Shown here piece by piece: positions 27,229-40,799 of a stretch of 64,000 nt of DNA. The DNA is from Octopus vulgaris (lineage: Eukaryota), in contig OX597815.1 in the NCBI GenBank assembly GCA_951406725.2, positions 82,770,001 to 82,834,000 of the forward strand, in the 5' to 3' direction. The position numbers were made by a program, and so were the translations under genes. A model generated the notes under the pieces. The model saw nothing but the letters and a program-made list of their open reading frames with translations. It did no database searches and was not told the origin of the DNA. Numbering within the stretch: position 1 is the first letter of the stretch; every line of letters begins with the position of its first letter.

Positions 27229-28114
27229 TATAGGAATTAAGACAGAGATGTATAAAATACATGCGCTCTGGAGCAAGGATATCTACTGAACAAGCTCAAG
27301 TCTTCTTCTGGCTCACTATGGGTTTTCTTATGGGTTGCCTGTATCAAGTAGCATGACAATACTGTTTAGGAAATATCAAGAACTGAGACGTATGCACTAT
27401 CTTTCAAGGAACAGATGGTAAATTGAGGGTCAAAGAGTGGAGTTGACAGTTTTTGCAGAATGATGATCTGGACAAAAGCTAGAAGGCCGAAATTCTGCAG
27501 GCATCTAGAAACGATATTATAAGCATCTCACTCATTAGTAATAGCGGGTGACAGGAGTGGTTATCGATACCATATACATATATATAGATGTTGTTTTCAT
27601 TAGGTTAACCGAGAGGGGACGCTGTATGTTGTTCACAGTTTAGTATAGCTGGCTACACAACCCACCAAATTTTGCACGGACAAGTCATAAAATATTAGAA
27701 TAAAAATTTTAAAATGAGGCTCCGAATAGTAGAAACCGAATGCTTCTATCGTATCACAGATATTTCAGGAACTGGACTGCCGAATTACTGAGAATTGAAG
27801 GGTAGGATTAAGTTGTAGATGTCTATAAAAAATAAACCTAGTGTATAATACTGGTCAACAAACTTTTTGCTGACTTCGGTTTTGTGGTTGCTTTTAGTTA
27901 ATTTTGAGGAACTGATTTCAAATATGACATCCATTTTTCTAACATATCCGTATTTCATGATGTGCTGTATAAATAATTTACTTGGTCAGGATAGTTTACT
28001 AAGTCTTATAGCTCAAACCATAAGTTATAATATCTATAGAATGCGAAATGATAAATGAAATGTAAGAAATCATCACGTTTTACTAAATACATACTGTTCA
28101 TTTCATTTACATTT

Positions 28115-28165
28115 TTACATTGTCTTTCGGCTGATTTACTCTCCAGCCTGCGTCAGGTTTCCTTG
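28115..28165 (-). ncRNA. Degenerate hammerhead motif
   Basis: CUGACGC-A-GGCUG-(10 nt)-CAGCC-GAAA; stems I and III eroded. Confidence 0.4.
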
Positions 28166-28230
28166 TAGACGTTTCAACCCAACCCTAGGTTCCCATTCCC
28201 AGGGTATTTTTTGCTGATGCTGTTGCTGTT

Positions 28231-28265
<35 letters not shown>

Positions 28266-28381
28266 TGTTGTTGTTGTAGTAATAGTAGTTGTTGTTGTTG
28301 TTTTGGTGTTATTATTACTATTATTATTATTAATATTATTATTGTTATTATTTATTATTATTATTATTATTATTATTGTTA

Positions 28382-28429
<48 letters not shown>

Positions 28430-28482
28430 TATTATTATTATTATTATTATTTATTATTATTATTATTTTCATTATTATTATT

Positions 28483-28790
28483 GCCTTTGCACAGCTTCAA
28501 ACGCTGGAGATGTACTACAGTGTCAGCTGTTCACTACCAGCAAACTAAGATAATATCTCTTATTTTTCGAGTACCTTCCAGTGTATACGAGCGGTTCCAA
28601 GCAGTGCCATTTTCTGCAAGTGCTGCACCCTTATTGCAGCCCCTATTTGACAACCTTGTTGTCAGTTGGGCATGCTATGTCTATGATCCAGCATAGTTTA
28701 TTTTCTTTCTCAATTAAGACTATGTCCGGCTTCCTATTCTCTAACTCATGGTCGCACTGAGTCATAAAATCCCATAGTATCTTTGCATTT
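28483..28790 (-). mobile_element. 3' end of an R4/Dong-type retrotransposon (RLE domain) abutting (TAA)n
   Basis: KILWDFMTQCDHELENRKPDIVLIEKENKLCWIIDIACP and LQKMALLGTARI. The 3' end runs into (TAA)n at 28305-28482, consistent with Dong-type TAA targeting. Confidence 0.85.
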
Positions 28791-30097
28791 AATGTACAGA
28801 ATTCCTCATCTCTAAAATATAGAACAATATACTGTTAATTCTCTAATATGACGGCTAAAACACTAACCATTAAACTCATACCTTCATATTCCCAGAACAA
28901 ACTTCCGCTTGTGAGAGCATCTGGAGTGTTTCTTGTCTACACAGTCTGTTTGAATACGCCAGCAGTATGTGTGATCCCTCAGCCTTGATACCTCGCCTCC
29001 ATAATTTTGATTGCTTGATGCAAACGCTCACTATGCGTATTGCTCATATCTCTGAGATTAGCAGGAAATTCATCGAGATGGCTGTGGAGGAAATGAAGCT
29101 TTGCGCTCATGTTGCTACCTAAAATATGCAAGTTTTCAAGTAATGTCTCCACTAAATCCTTGTAGCTTTCAGCCTTTTCACTCCCCCAAAATCCTTTCAC
29201 ATCAGCCACAAATGAATCCCATGCTCTTTATTTTGTCAGCCATCGAGCGCGAGAAAGTCTAGCATTTCATTAACTTTCTGATTTGTAGCCTATCAAAAAC
29301 ACCAGCCGTTATTTTATCATAAATTAGGCCAGGAAATGTTGCACGTCTGAATTGGAGACAGTTACCCTCCCCATTAAGAGCTTTGACAAATTGCTTCATT
29401 AGTCCTAGTTTAATATGAAGGGGTGGAAAGATGATTTTCTTTTACTCAAACAAATACTCGGTGTATGCTATTCTTCTCCCCAACAGCCAAACATTTCCTA
29501 ATTGGCCAGAGTTTCTGTTCCCAATGTTTGTCTTTCACTCGGCTATCGCACAAACGCAAGATACAAGGATATTTTGTATACCTTCCATGTTCACCAAGTA
29601 AAACGTTGACCATTTTTAGATCCACGCATATGAACTATTTGTGTTCATCATACTTGAGTAAATCTTATATAACTTTTATGTTATTATAATTGTCTTTTAA
29701 GTGCACAGAGTGACCAATAAAGCGATCCGAACAAGTTTCCATCATGGAGTAATACGCATTTTAGACTCATTTTTGAATTACCTACAAGAAGATTCCATTT
29801 GCTAGGATCATACTGTTCAGCACCCATCCTTTTAACAATCCCGTTACCTTACAATAGTAAACAAAATTTTTTCCAATTGTGAAGAATGCCAAAAGATCTT
29901 TTTCCCTGTTCCAATAAAAAGCCACGTTTGTTTCTTTCTGCAACAAATTTTTCTCTTTCAGCCTAGAAGCTAACAGTTCTGATAACTCTTTTGGCAGTAC
30001 TAGGTCTCTAACTAATTCCTTAAGTTCTGCCTTGGTTAAAGTTTTCACGTTCATTAGTTAATGTTTCTACACAGTCTGTATCACTACCATGTTCATA

Positions 30098-30138
<41 letters not shown>

Positions 30139-30759
30139 AGTAACACACTGTGGGAAAGAAATCTTTTAAAGGGGTGTGTTTTAAACATCCAATTCACTGG
30201 TACGTCAGTTGAATACCATATAATTATTGGTATAATGAAAATTAAAAAATAAATCGAATAGAGAGATACTATTGATATTCCAATAATTTATGTATATTAT
30301 AATGTTACATAATAAATTATGAATATAATGTAACATAACATAATATTATATAACATAAAAAATGATTAAAACCATACAAGGCCAACAAATTGTTTCGGCT
30401 TATATATATTTTTCTGATATATATAAAATAATAACAGTTTCCTTATATATAGATTTACTTCAGGGTCATGGTTTAAATATAGACGAAATTCCGTGTGAAG
30501 GGACAGGTGCATTGTAAATATATATCTATATATATTGATATATATTGATATATATATTTATATATATATATATTTATATATATATACATCATCCACACAC
30601 ACACACACACCTCAAGGTCACTAGTCCCCTTCCACAGGCACATACACGCTCTCACATACACACACATGCACCCCTTCGTTTTGGGATCATCACTACTTAT
30701 TATCTCTCCTTCTTCCTAGCTCTCCTGTGTCACCCCTTTGTCTGGCATTCGCCATGATA

Positions 30760-30930
30760 GATTGCTAACCACTAAACCTTTTCGTATTTCCTCTCCCTGT
30801 TTATTTCTGTGTTCCTTTCTGTCGAAGAGCGTATGATCGAAACGTAAAAGACTTTCTCACTTCCCGAGCGTTAAACTATTACATCTGTTTTTTTTATTTA
30901 CACACCCGGCTTCGTCTTTTGTTTTTTCCC
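30760..30930 (+). mobile_element. PLE-terminus-like repeat with HHR-like GAAGAGC..UCGAAACGU motif
   Basis: Homologous to 62170-62330 (minus), where the stem GAGC-GUAG-GCUC precedes GAAA. Both abut (TA)n. Confidence 0.5.
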
Positions 30931-31115
30931 ACTATATATTGTGTATACACACACACACACACACATATATGTATATATATATATATATATATAGTTGAGT
31001 ATAGAAATTCGGGGTGAGTACTTGATAATTATAAGCACCTGTGTATACCGTTTGGTGGTGTAGGTGGTGGAGTAAATTGATCAAAATAAAATAAAAACAT
31101 GATGCGAAGGATTCA

Positions 31116-31193
31116 GCGGTACATATGTTTCGGGCCTTTATTAGACAGATTTATAACAATGCATAATGTATGTCTGTGGCCTTCTTCAGCCGC
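31116..31193 (-). ncRNA. Type I hammerhead ribozyme (A-C mismatch at the base of stem II)
   Basis: Stem I GCGG/CCGC; CUGAAGA; A-GGCC...GGCC-C with inner ACAGA/UCUGU; GAAA; palindromic stem III ACAUAUGU; GUA cleavage triplet (position 31120). Confidence 0.75.
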
Positions 31194-34100
31194 GCACAAC
31201 AGCTTCCGCAAGGACATGTGTTACATCAAAAATTCTTGGTTGGGGATGCAAATCCTCTCATTTACGTACGACATAATGCGGCAGCAGCATAGAATTGAAG
31301 CGTCCATCTCTTTCTTCTCTCAATGTAGAAGAATATATATATATATATAATTTTCATCTTGCAGTGAAGGTAGATCCCTGAAAACGGTTACTGGTATTTC
31401 ATTTGAGTGAAGCACCGGACGAATTGCCGAATTCAGATGCGGGTAACTTATTTTCTGTCGCGGTCTCTTGCTATGACCAGACATCTTAATGAGACAAAAG
31501 TTATCGTTCTTTGGCTCCCGCCAAACCATAGGAATGTCAAATGTTCTTTGTGTCCTTTGCTCATTGGCATAGATTTTCGACACAGGGTTTACATCCACTG
31601 TGCGGTGCCCTCCATTTATCCTGATCTCCAATTTTAATCTTAAAGTAAGCCAAACAAGATCTTTTCACAAAGTCACTAATGCTCATTGTTTGACTTGGTA
31701 CTATAAAACACCCACATATATAACAATAATATTTCCTTCGCAATGACGCCATACTAGTGAAGCCTCGTGTTATTTCATTAAATAAAAGTGAAAAGAGAGA
31801 AAAAATAAAGAACATTTTTATATATCTAGGTTTGTCTAAATCCATGTCTAAATATATAGATAAAATAAATATTCAACAGAAATGTTTAACTATGTTTAAC
31901 TATGATATTTGTTATACATTTTTTGATAATAATAAGAAATTAGCATTGCAGATTAAGACAATCGAGCGTTCGAGCGCACAGTTATGAGGAAACACACTTC
32001 TACACAGGTATATATACTACGCTGACAGAGCGTCACAATCTCACTCAACGAATATGCAACTGACACTGGAACTTTTACCTTTCAGATACTCTATGGAAAA
32101 CACATCGAGAAATTTCTGAAACATGGAACTACAACTGGGACCAATATGGGTCAGCCCATAGAAAAAGAAAACTCGATGTGATAGAAAAACACTATTGTCA
32201 TTTTAAAACCCAGTGACTCCAAATTACCCCGAAACAGGTCTCAAACTGAAGAAAATGTTGGAATTTGATGGCCAGTGTAAGAATAGAGAATAAGAATTGG
32301 AATTTGTTGGGAAAGCTGTAAGAACAGAGAACAGAAAAATACAGAAGGCACTAAATTAGGAACATTCTGTATCGTGTGAGCCGAAGTACGGTGATGCTAT
32401 TCAGAAATGAACCGGAAAAGGGAAGCATAATTGGGGACTTTAGATGCACTTAAGATTACATGCAGAGTTTTTCTTCAAGTGCCTGGTAGTTTTCATTGAC
32501 AGTACAGTTGGATACTAATGAGATATATTCAGAATATTCTCCACCCCATGCAACACATCCTAGAAGGCATTAATTTGTAGATCTGATTATGTTGGGTCTC
32601 TGCTCAATTTACATTAGCCTTAGATGCACTATATAGTCTGTCTTCTCTATTTAAGGTGTGACAGGACTGCAATCTGAGATAATGGATCAGTACAATATGT
32701 GGCGGCATTTGTTCAGTTGTCAAAATAAACGGAACTGCATTGCATAGCGTGCTCCATTTACTGGAGGCGAAACCTCGCGCCTCTTCTGTATGTTTTGGTG
32801 CTGAGCCCTCTACTATGAAGTGTGGCGGTGTTCAGATGTTCCTCACTGAATCTAAGGGGTAAGAGCGCTCCCTCTCTGTGATGTCGAATTAATCGAAAAT
32901 TCTGGAGCGCAGTACACTTCTGAAGGAGTATCAGAATGTGACTGTTGCATTAACCATGGAAGAGCTGGTGCGTTTGCAATTCGATACATGGAAAGACAAG
33001 TTTATGCGAGACGGCTGTTTCTCTCGCTGAAACAAGGGTATGTTCTAAGGTAAATAAAATCTAGGAAGATATGGTGAAAAAGTTGGCAGTCTCACTCAGA
33101 ATTGGACTTTGATGAGGCTATCACCGAGAGGTTAAATGAAAGTAACTAATATGTATACTACTTTGTCCCTATACCACCCACCACCCTGACTGTCTGGCTT
33201 TTCTCAGGAAACAACCAACGAGATTAAGGGAATGGATAACAGAGATTTTCCTCTTCGTATTCAACAGTATCCATGAGAAAGATAGAATAGAGAGAGATAT
33301 GTTGCTCTTCATTAAGCAGCCTGAAAATATGTGACATTGACTTACTTAAGGCTGAACGGTCTGTTCTGAATCTGTGATTAAAGACCAGACGCATCAAGCT
33401 CGAGAGTAATCGTATATTTGTCGGTTTTCTCATTCGCTCTCAGTGTTCCACCGTTACGACCCCAAACACCAAATTTTCAATATATTTCTCTAGTCTCTAT
33501 ATTTCTCTACAGTCTCTAAATTTTCAACATTCTTTACCCGTGTATCCTTTACTTTCCCTCATCCGCTGCCTTTTGACAAATTAAACAAACAACTATTTAC
33601 TAATATTCATATTGAGTGCGACTGATATGTAGAAGGTTTATGCTGAACATATAGAATATATTTATTCCGGTCTATTACTTTCTGAGATTAAATCTCACAG
33701 AAGTCAATCTTGCCTTTCATCTTTCTCATTCAGAAAAGGAGCTTGGGTGGCATATAATTTGATTGACTCCTTCCGACAAATTTCTGATACTGTGCTTATG
33801 TTAGAAATTATGTGTGTGATTGAGTTTAGCAGAATCGTTAGGACCTCAGGAAAATTGCTTTGCAGTATTTTGGGTCGCTTTACACTAAATGTTCAAATAC
33901 TGCCTAGGTCAGCTTAGGTTTTTATTGTTCTAAGGTTGATAAAATAAAGTACCAATCAATGATTTGTGTCTATATCAAAAAATATTCACACGAAATTATT
34001 GAAGAAAATTTTATTATTATGATTACTAGTAATAATCGTTGTCGCGGTCATAGTTGATTCCGTAGTAGTTATAGAAATAGGATTAAGAGTTGGTTGTTGC

Positions 34101-37100
34101 AAACGCAACATTAAAGGCAGCGAAGAGGAAGGAGGTAAATGGAAAGTATAGCGTTGATGAAAGGAGAAGAGAGCGGGTACATAGCGTAATCGTATCCAAT
34201 ATCTCCCATAGTTAAGCAAATTTCAACTTCCGGAATGTCAAGCCGACCCAGCTGATTAGATTCACATACCCACCTACACATCTTTTCTTACTCTGTTAAA
34301 TATATTCCTTTCTCATTTCTATTTTCACTTTCACTTTTCTCCTTGTCTCTCAATCTTTTCATTCCCTCTTCGTTTCTCATTCATTTTCTCTTGTCCTCTT
34401 TCTATCTCACTCGTTATTTTTTCTCTTCTACCCTTTTACTCTTTGCTCTCATTTTAACCTCAATAGTCACCTACTGTACCCGCTCCTCTCTTCTCGCTTT
34501 CACCTACAATACTCCAAGAACATCTTCACCATTATTAGGTATTATCCGTTAACTTATTTATTTCCTCGTCGTCGAAGCAACCACCACCCAACAAACATCG
34601 ATATCATTTCCCACCCCTTTCTCCTCTTTTTCTCTTCCAACTCTTCGCGTTCTTTTTACTCCACATCAATATCTTCACCGTTGTCCGTATCACATAAACT
34701 ACTTCCTTTATTTCTAATTTCCCCTTGTGCCACCTCTATCTCCACGTCTTATCATTAACATGGTAATCCTATTCTTCTTACTCTCCCTCCTCACAACCAA
34801 CATCATTATCATCGTCGTTGTCGTTGTCGTCGTCTTCTATTGTTCCATAGATCTTCCATCTTTATGCAAAACCAAATATGCCAGGTAATCAAGGACAACA
34901 AAGCAAATTTATTACTAATGTTGTTGTTAATAACATTATTGCTGTTTTTGTATTTATTGCGGTCGACGTAGTTGTTATTGTTAATGTTGCATCTATTATT
35001 GTTATTGCTCATTTATCATATGCTTCTTGGTATATATTCTCCTTGTCTCTCATTTTCTTTCTTTCACTCACACACATACATACGTGTGTGCGCGCGTGTG
35101 TGTCTGCGAGCGTGTGTGCGTGTGTATTAATCACCTATCGTTCGTGTATTGTTTTACTGTACTCATGTGGCAGCAGAACAGCTGGATTCTAATTTTGGAA
35201 TATTTCTTACTTTCGCAAAACATTCATATACAGAAACATTTCTATATATATTTGTATTTTTATCAATTATTAGAATCTTCCTACCATGAGATTTCCTAAC
35301 AAAGAAACAAAGCTGTTGCGATGTGGATTATATACTGTACTTTAGGAAAATTTTGCACATTTGAACAGTTCTACTTACAGATTGAAGTTAGAATTCTTGT
35401 TAGGAAGTCACTCCATTTGCTAGATAATCGTAGCTTCTCCAAATTGTCACGTAAATATTTACGAACATTATGATTAATACAATATGAATTTCTAATCAAA
35501 GTAGAGGGGCTGCCGGCTTCGAAGCAGCTTTTTGTAAATATTTTCTTTCTCAGACTGCTATAACAGGTGACCACATATGCAGGGCCGCTAACTTCTGTAC
35601 ATAGACTTTCTTCTCTATTCTAACCAACTATAGTAGGCCTTTTATGTTTGCACATGGTAGAATTTTTATGGAACTCTTTCGCCAATACTCCTTGCGTTGA
35701 TATCTATGTTTTTTTTGTAACAGAGATACTATCATTATTTAAGCGAACGCCGTTTCTCATACCGGTGGTAATTTCTACTCTTTTGGCAGCATTTATCGCA
35801 AGAGGAGGGAGCAATTTTTGTTGATGTTTATTAAATATCTATTGTCCTCCACAGAAGAATGGCATTGTCGATACTAATGCTTGATACTGGAGGTTTAATG
35901 GCTTTAGTGTCTGGTTTGTTCATGAGATATTCATAGCTAGTTCTTGCTTTTGGATTACAAAAGCATAACCCCCGAGATATAATGCGACTCGTAGGTCACG
36001 AATTTTATATAACATCAAAATATATGTAACAATGAGTTCCTCTGATATAGAAATAGATTGCTCGCAGTATTCTAGTTAATTTATTCAAAATTAATTAGTC
36101 AATTTGTAAGAAATGTATGAAGCTTGTTTTGGAATTAATAACAGCAAGGAAATTAGGCTCACTAACATTTATACCAGTCGATCAAAATTTTCTCAAAACT
36201 TTTCAAAGAGAATAGCAGGCCTCAGCTTCAAGTATGTTTTGAGAGATTTTGCGTATATGAAATATTGCAAAAATTCTTAATTTCCATAATTTCTGTCACA
36301 ATTTGCTCTGCATCTGTATGTATAGATATTTTAGTTACTCTTACATTAATAATTACCAACATAGATTCCAATAATTTACAATAATTTTGCATAAAATAAA
36401 AAGTATTTCATTTGTATTCCAGACGTATCTATTACTTTTAAATATAGAGATGTATGCATTTATATATCAATTATGTTTAACATTGTAGACAGAGGTTTCT
36501 CAATGGGAATTTTGTGTGTATTTTGGTGGCTGCTAAGGTCGGGATAATCGATATATATATGTTTAATCAAAGGGATGTGATAGTACCCGTTTTTTTTAAT
36601 GTGAAACAAGTGTTGTATGCATACAATGCGTGATATCTACAGGAGAAAACATTTGCACTGGCTTATGTTGTGGAAATAAACGAAAATGATTTGTCTGAAT
36701 CTTTCTATATGAATTGTCATTTGGCAACGGAATATTCAGCATTCATGTGATGAACGTATCGGAGATGTGAAAGCAACTGGCAAGCTATAAATAAAAGAAC
36801 ACAAGTGTTTTCAAAGTATTATGTGTGTGTGTGTGTGCATTCGTGTGTGTGCGTGTGTGTATGTTTGTGTCTGTGTGTGTTTGAGTCTATATATATATAT
36901 ATATATATCTATATATATATATACATATATTGGGTAGCTCTCGTATAGCTCTGAGTTCTTCATCCTCAGTATTCTCGTGTATACATACATACATACATAC
37001 ATACATACATACATACATACATACATACATACATACATACATACATACATACATACGTGTATATATATATATATATATATTTCGAGTCATTCCTGTGCAA

Positions 37101-37188
37101 TTTCGCCTGTAGACAAATGGTCATATAGTTAGGGCTAATCATTCGTGGAGATACGATAAAATGCTATGCTACTCTTGGCGTGTATACG

Positions 37189-37286
<98 letters not shown>

Positions 37287-37339
37287 CGTGCGTGTGAGTG
37301 TGTATGTGTACGTGCGTGTGTGCACTTATGTATAAATAT

Positions 37340-37785
37340 CTATCTAGGGCGGGTAAAATTTCCGAGATCCATGGACGAGTTCTCTCCAGCGGTATTTGTC
37401 CTTCATCATCGCTGCCATGTCCTATGGCTTCCAGAGACCAGCATATGTCATCCTCGTTCACCCTCTTCTAGTGTGCCTATGTAGGAGCTCCCACGGGAGC
37501 ACTGAGTACAGTATCAACTCTAAATGACGGTGAGCACGTCCAGCTCACCTTAATCTCTTCTGTGTTGTTTGCGAGCTAACTATTGGGAGGCTTTCATATA
37601 GCTGTGGGCTCTTCATCCTCAGTGTATGCTGATTCATGTTCAGAGTGATCCTCAGCATTCTCGTGTAGCATCCCACCTGACTGAGTTTCTTGGTCAGTGT
37701 CCAAGTCTCAGACATGTACAACAGCACTGTCTCAACTGCAGAAACATGGAGACCAATTATCAGGTCTTTGCGAAGATCAGCCTTC
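37340..37785 (-). mobile_element. 5'-truncated RTE-type LINE fragment
   Basis: SAVETVLLYMSETWTLTKK...GCYTRMLR...LY..LP.VS....RLR*AG, the typical RTE post-RT region. Confidence 0.8.
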
Positions 37786-38161
37786 ACTGAATGTATAAAG
37801 GCAAGGATGTGTGCGGGCGGCGAATATAAAGCAAAATTCGTCTTACCTCCAGAAAGAACGTGAGAGAAATGGACAATCTATTAGGCGAGTTTCGGACTAT
37901 TCACAATACGTTTGTGATCGTAAAACTGATCGGACCTCGTCAGCTAGGTGCACCAAAAAGACTATATTTAAACTATCCGCTACATCAATGGATGTATTCT
38001 CAGCCAATTGCCCCAGCCATAAACAGAACCGAGATCAGTGAAGACGTTTTATATGAAAATATAAATATCATTACAATACAATGTAGGGGATATTTTAGAT
38101 TCATTCTTCTTTTCTAAATTCGCCGCCTGCTTATATATTTGCCTCTATACATTCAGTGAAG
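37782..38161. mobile_element. 380-bp unit with ~44-bp imperfect inverted ends containing a decayed HHR
   Basis: CTTCACTGAATGTATAAAGGCAA...GGCGGCGAAT (37782-37825) is inverted at 38118-38161. Minus strand 37878-37947 has CUGACGA-GG..UCACAA/UUGUGA..CC-GAAAC. Confidence 0.6.
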
Positions 38162-38228
38162 CTTTGCCTTGTGTCGAAGGATTATCGCCTGCTATTTCCA
38201 GTAAAAATTGGTACTTTGTTGTGCCCCA

Positions 38229-38297
<69 letters not shown>

Positions 38298-38333
38298 GCA
38301 TGTATGTATGTGTGGTGTGTGTGTGTATGCATG

Positions 38334-38371
<38 letters not shown>

Positions 38372-38843
38372 ATACATACATATGTATATGGTAATGTGTC
38401 TGGATTTCATTAGATCCACACACACACACGCACACACACATACACACACATATGTATTATATTATTATATTATCTTTCACTCTGCCATATTTAACGAAAG
38501 CGATAAGTTAATCCTAAACAAACTTAAAGTTCATGAGAATTTATCTGAGGGGGCAGCGTTCAGATTTCTACGTCTTTGGTAATATTTGTTGCTCACTTCT
38601 GTGAAATACAGTACAAATAAGGTGAAACTTGAGACACTTCACTCGATTTAAGCACTATCATATGTTATTCTATTATGTCTATACTATTGATGGTCCAAAT
38701 TTGATAAGTGTCTTGTAATGGTTCTGGTATACGATTTAATAGAAGACTTCTTTGTCTAGCCTCTACTCTTTCTCTTTTTTACCAAGGAGACAAATGACAC
38801 AGAAAATTCGATAAGCGTTCTCCTTGGAAGTAAGATAAATATT

Positions 38844-38889
<46 letters not shown>

Positions 38890-39080
38890 TGTGTGTGTGC
38901 GTGTGCGGGTGCGTATATATGTACTTATGTGTGCATGCATATATGTTTGTATGTGGGTGTGTGTGTTTGTCTATGTATATATATATATGTGTGTACACTT
39001 ATGTATATGTATATGCGTGTGTGTATATATATATATATACACACACACCTACATACACAAATACATACATATGTACATTA

Positions 39081-39306
39081 AGGGTTGGTCAACAGTCACC
39101 TGACTGTAAACCAAAACCATTCAATTCCAAGACTTATTTACGTTTAACAACTGAATGGATTTAATAAAAGCATCTAAATATGAAACATCATGAAAATTGT
39201 TCAAGCTGAAGCCCTTCTTGAGCGACACATTTTTCGATTCGAGTCAATACAGAATTAATATTTATGGAATTCTGATTTACTGTCAGGCGACTCTTGGCAA
39301 ACCCTG
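39081..39306. mobile_element. Tc1/mariner-type MITE
   Basis: TA|AGGGTTGGTCAACAGTCACCTGAC ... GTCAGGCGACTCTTGGCAAACCCTG|TA. Retains a transposase C-terminal remnant RIEKCVAQEGLQLEQF on the minus strand. Confidence 0.7.
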
Positions 39307-39727
39307 TATATATGTACACACACACATACATACATACATACATACATACATACATACATACATACATACATACATACATACATACATACATACATACATG
39401 CATCCTTAAGCTTTGAATTGCTGAAGTAAACCAGCACTGACGTGTTACTTCACTTGTGGAGTATAGTGCTAAGTTTCCGGACGAGGACTACGCAACGACA
39501 GAGACCATTGCAACGGAACAAGCTAAACCGATGACCTACAAGTATGGAAACATAACTGAAGAGAATAGATTGCTAGTACTATAAAAATCTTAGTTGGGGG
39601 AAATGCTGCACGTACTCTGAATAGTTTTTGAAGCTGAGAAATTTTTCTCAACTTTACTCCATATAATCATCTCCTTCCATGCAATATATCTCTTTCGGAA
39701 CTCTCTTATACACACATGCGTACATAT

Positions 39728-39793
<66 letters not shown>

Positions 39794-39878
39794 CTATACG
39801 TATATATATACACACATATATATATATACATAGATATAAGAGTGTGTGAGTGTATGAGTGTGCATATTTATGCATGTA

Positions 39879-39909
<31 letters not shown>

Positions 39910-40799
39910 CAACATCTACTATATTTTGCTCTGTCAGTTGCTTTTGTTGATTTCCATATACATTTGCACTTGTAAAGTTCGCATAACACACACACACACA
40001 CACACAGAAACTCACGCGCATACACACATAAACACACACATATGTTATACGTGTGTCTATTTATATATGTATATTTTATGTATTTTTGCATACCGAGAGA
40101 AAAAGACAGTGAAAGAGAGAGAGGGGGGAGAGGGAGAAAGAGTGAGGATAAAGGGAAAGAGAAAGAAAGAGAAAACCATTACTGCAGCCAAGAGCAGCAT
40201 TTTCTCGTATCTCCACAATTGATTAACCCTATCTATACGGCCATTTGTCTGCAGGTGAAATTGCACTGTAATGGCTCGTAACATATTGCTCTACGATGCG
40301 ATCATTTTGAGTGCATATCGGCTGCAATTTGTGCTGCACTTGCAAAGATTGGCATTGATGTCCAGTGCAGGACTTGCAATTATTGGCATTGATGTTCAGT
40401 ACTGCACTTTGATACATAGGGGATTGCCTTAATTATATTTGCTGATCAAAGCAGTATTAAGATGAATTGAGCGGAGAAATATTGTAACTTTCTCTTTCCT
40501 TTAAAACCAATTCTCTCTTCTTTTTCTCTATCTAACTCGCTCCTGCTCTCCCTCTCTCTCTCTCTCTCTCAGTAACTGACGCTCATTCGAATTTCGTTCC
40601 ATCAGTCAGCATCTATCATTAAGTTTAACTATCTATATATATCATTTATGCCCATGTACGTATACTTCATTTTTAATATTCATGTTCACCATTCATAGAA
40701 GAAGATGGTTTCAAATAAAGAAAACTCAATCACTTGAATTTGGATAACAAAATGTTTATATTCAGGTATTTTTCTATTCTTTTTTTAAAGATAATTTGA

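Larger units (their letters stand above)
28861..32277 (-). mobile_element. Chapaev3-type (CMC) DNA transposon, decayed, split by a 1.25-kb insert
   Basis: Imperfect TIRs CACTAACCATTAAACTC and (reverse complement) CACTGGCCATCAAATTC, with TAA flanking the right end. Transposase pieces: CYICGCF...KIGDQDKWRAPH..C..CVENL, PMVWREP, ELKELVRDL..PKELSELLASRLKEKNLL, MSAKLHFLHSHLD.FP...ERLHQ.I..ME.RYQG. Family assignment from recalled motifs. Confidence 0.8.

Noticed and set aside
36930-36980. Minus-strand CUGAGGA..GAACUCAGAG island between microsatellites as a functional HHR
   Set aside because: Stem II and GAAA are missing; at best a relic.
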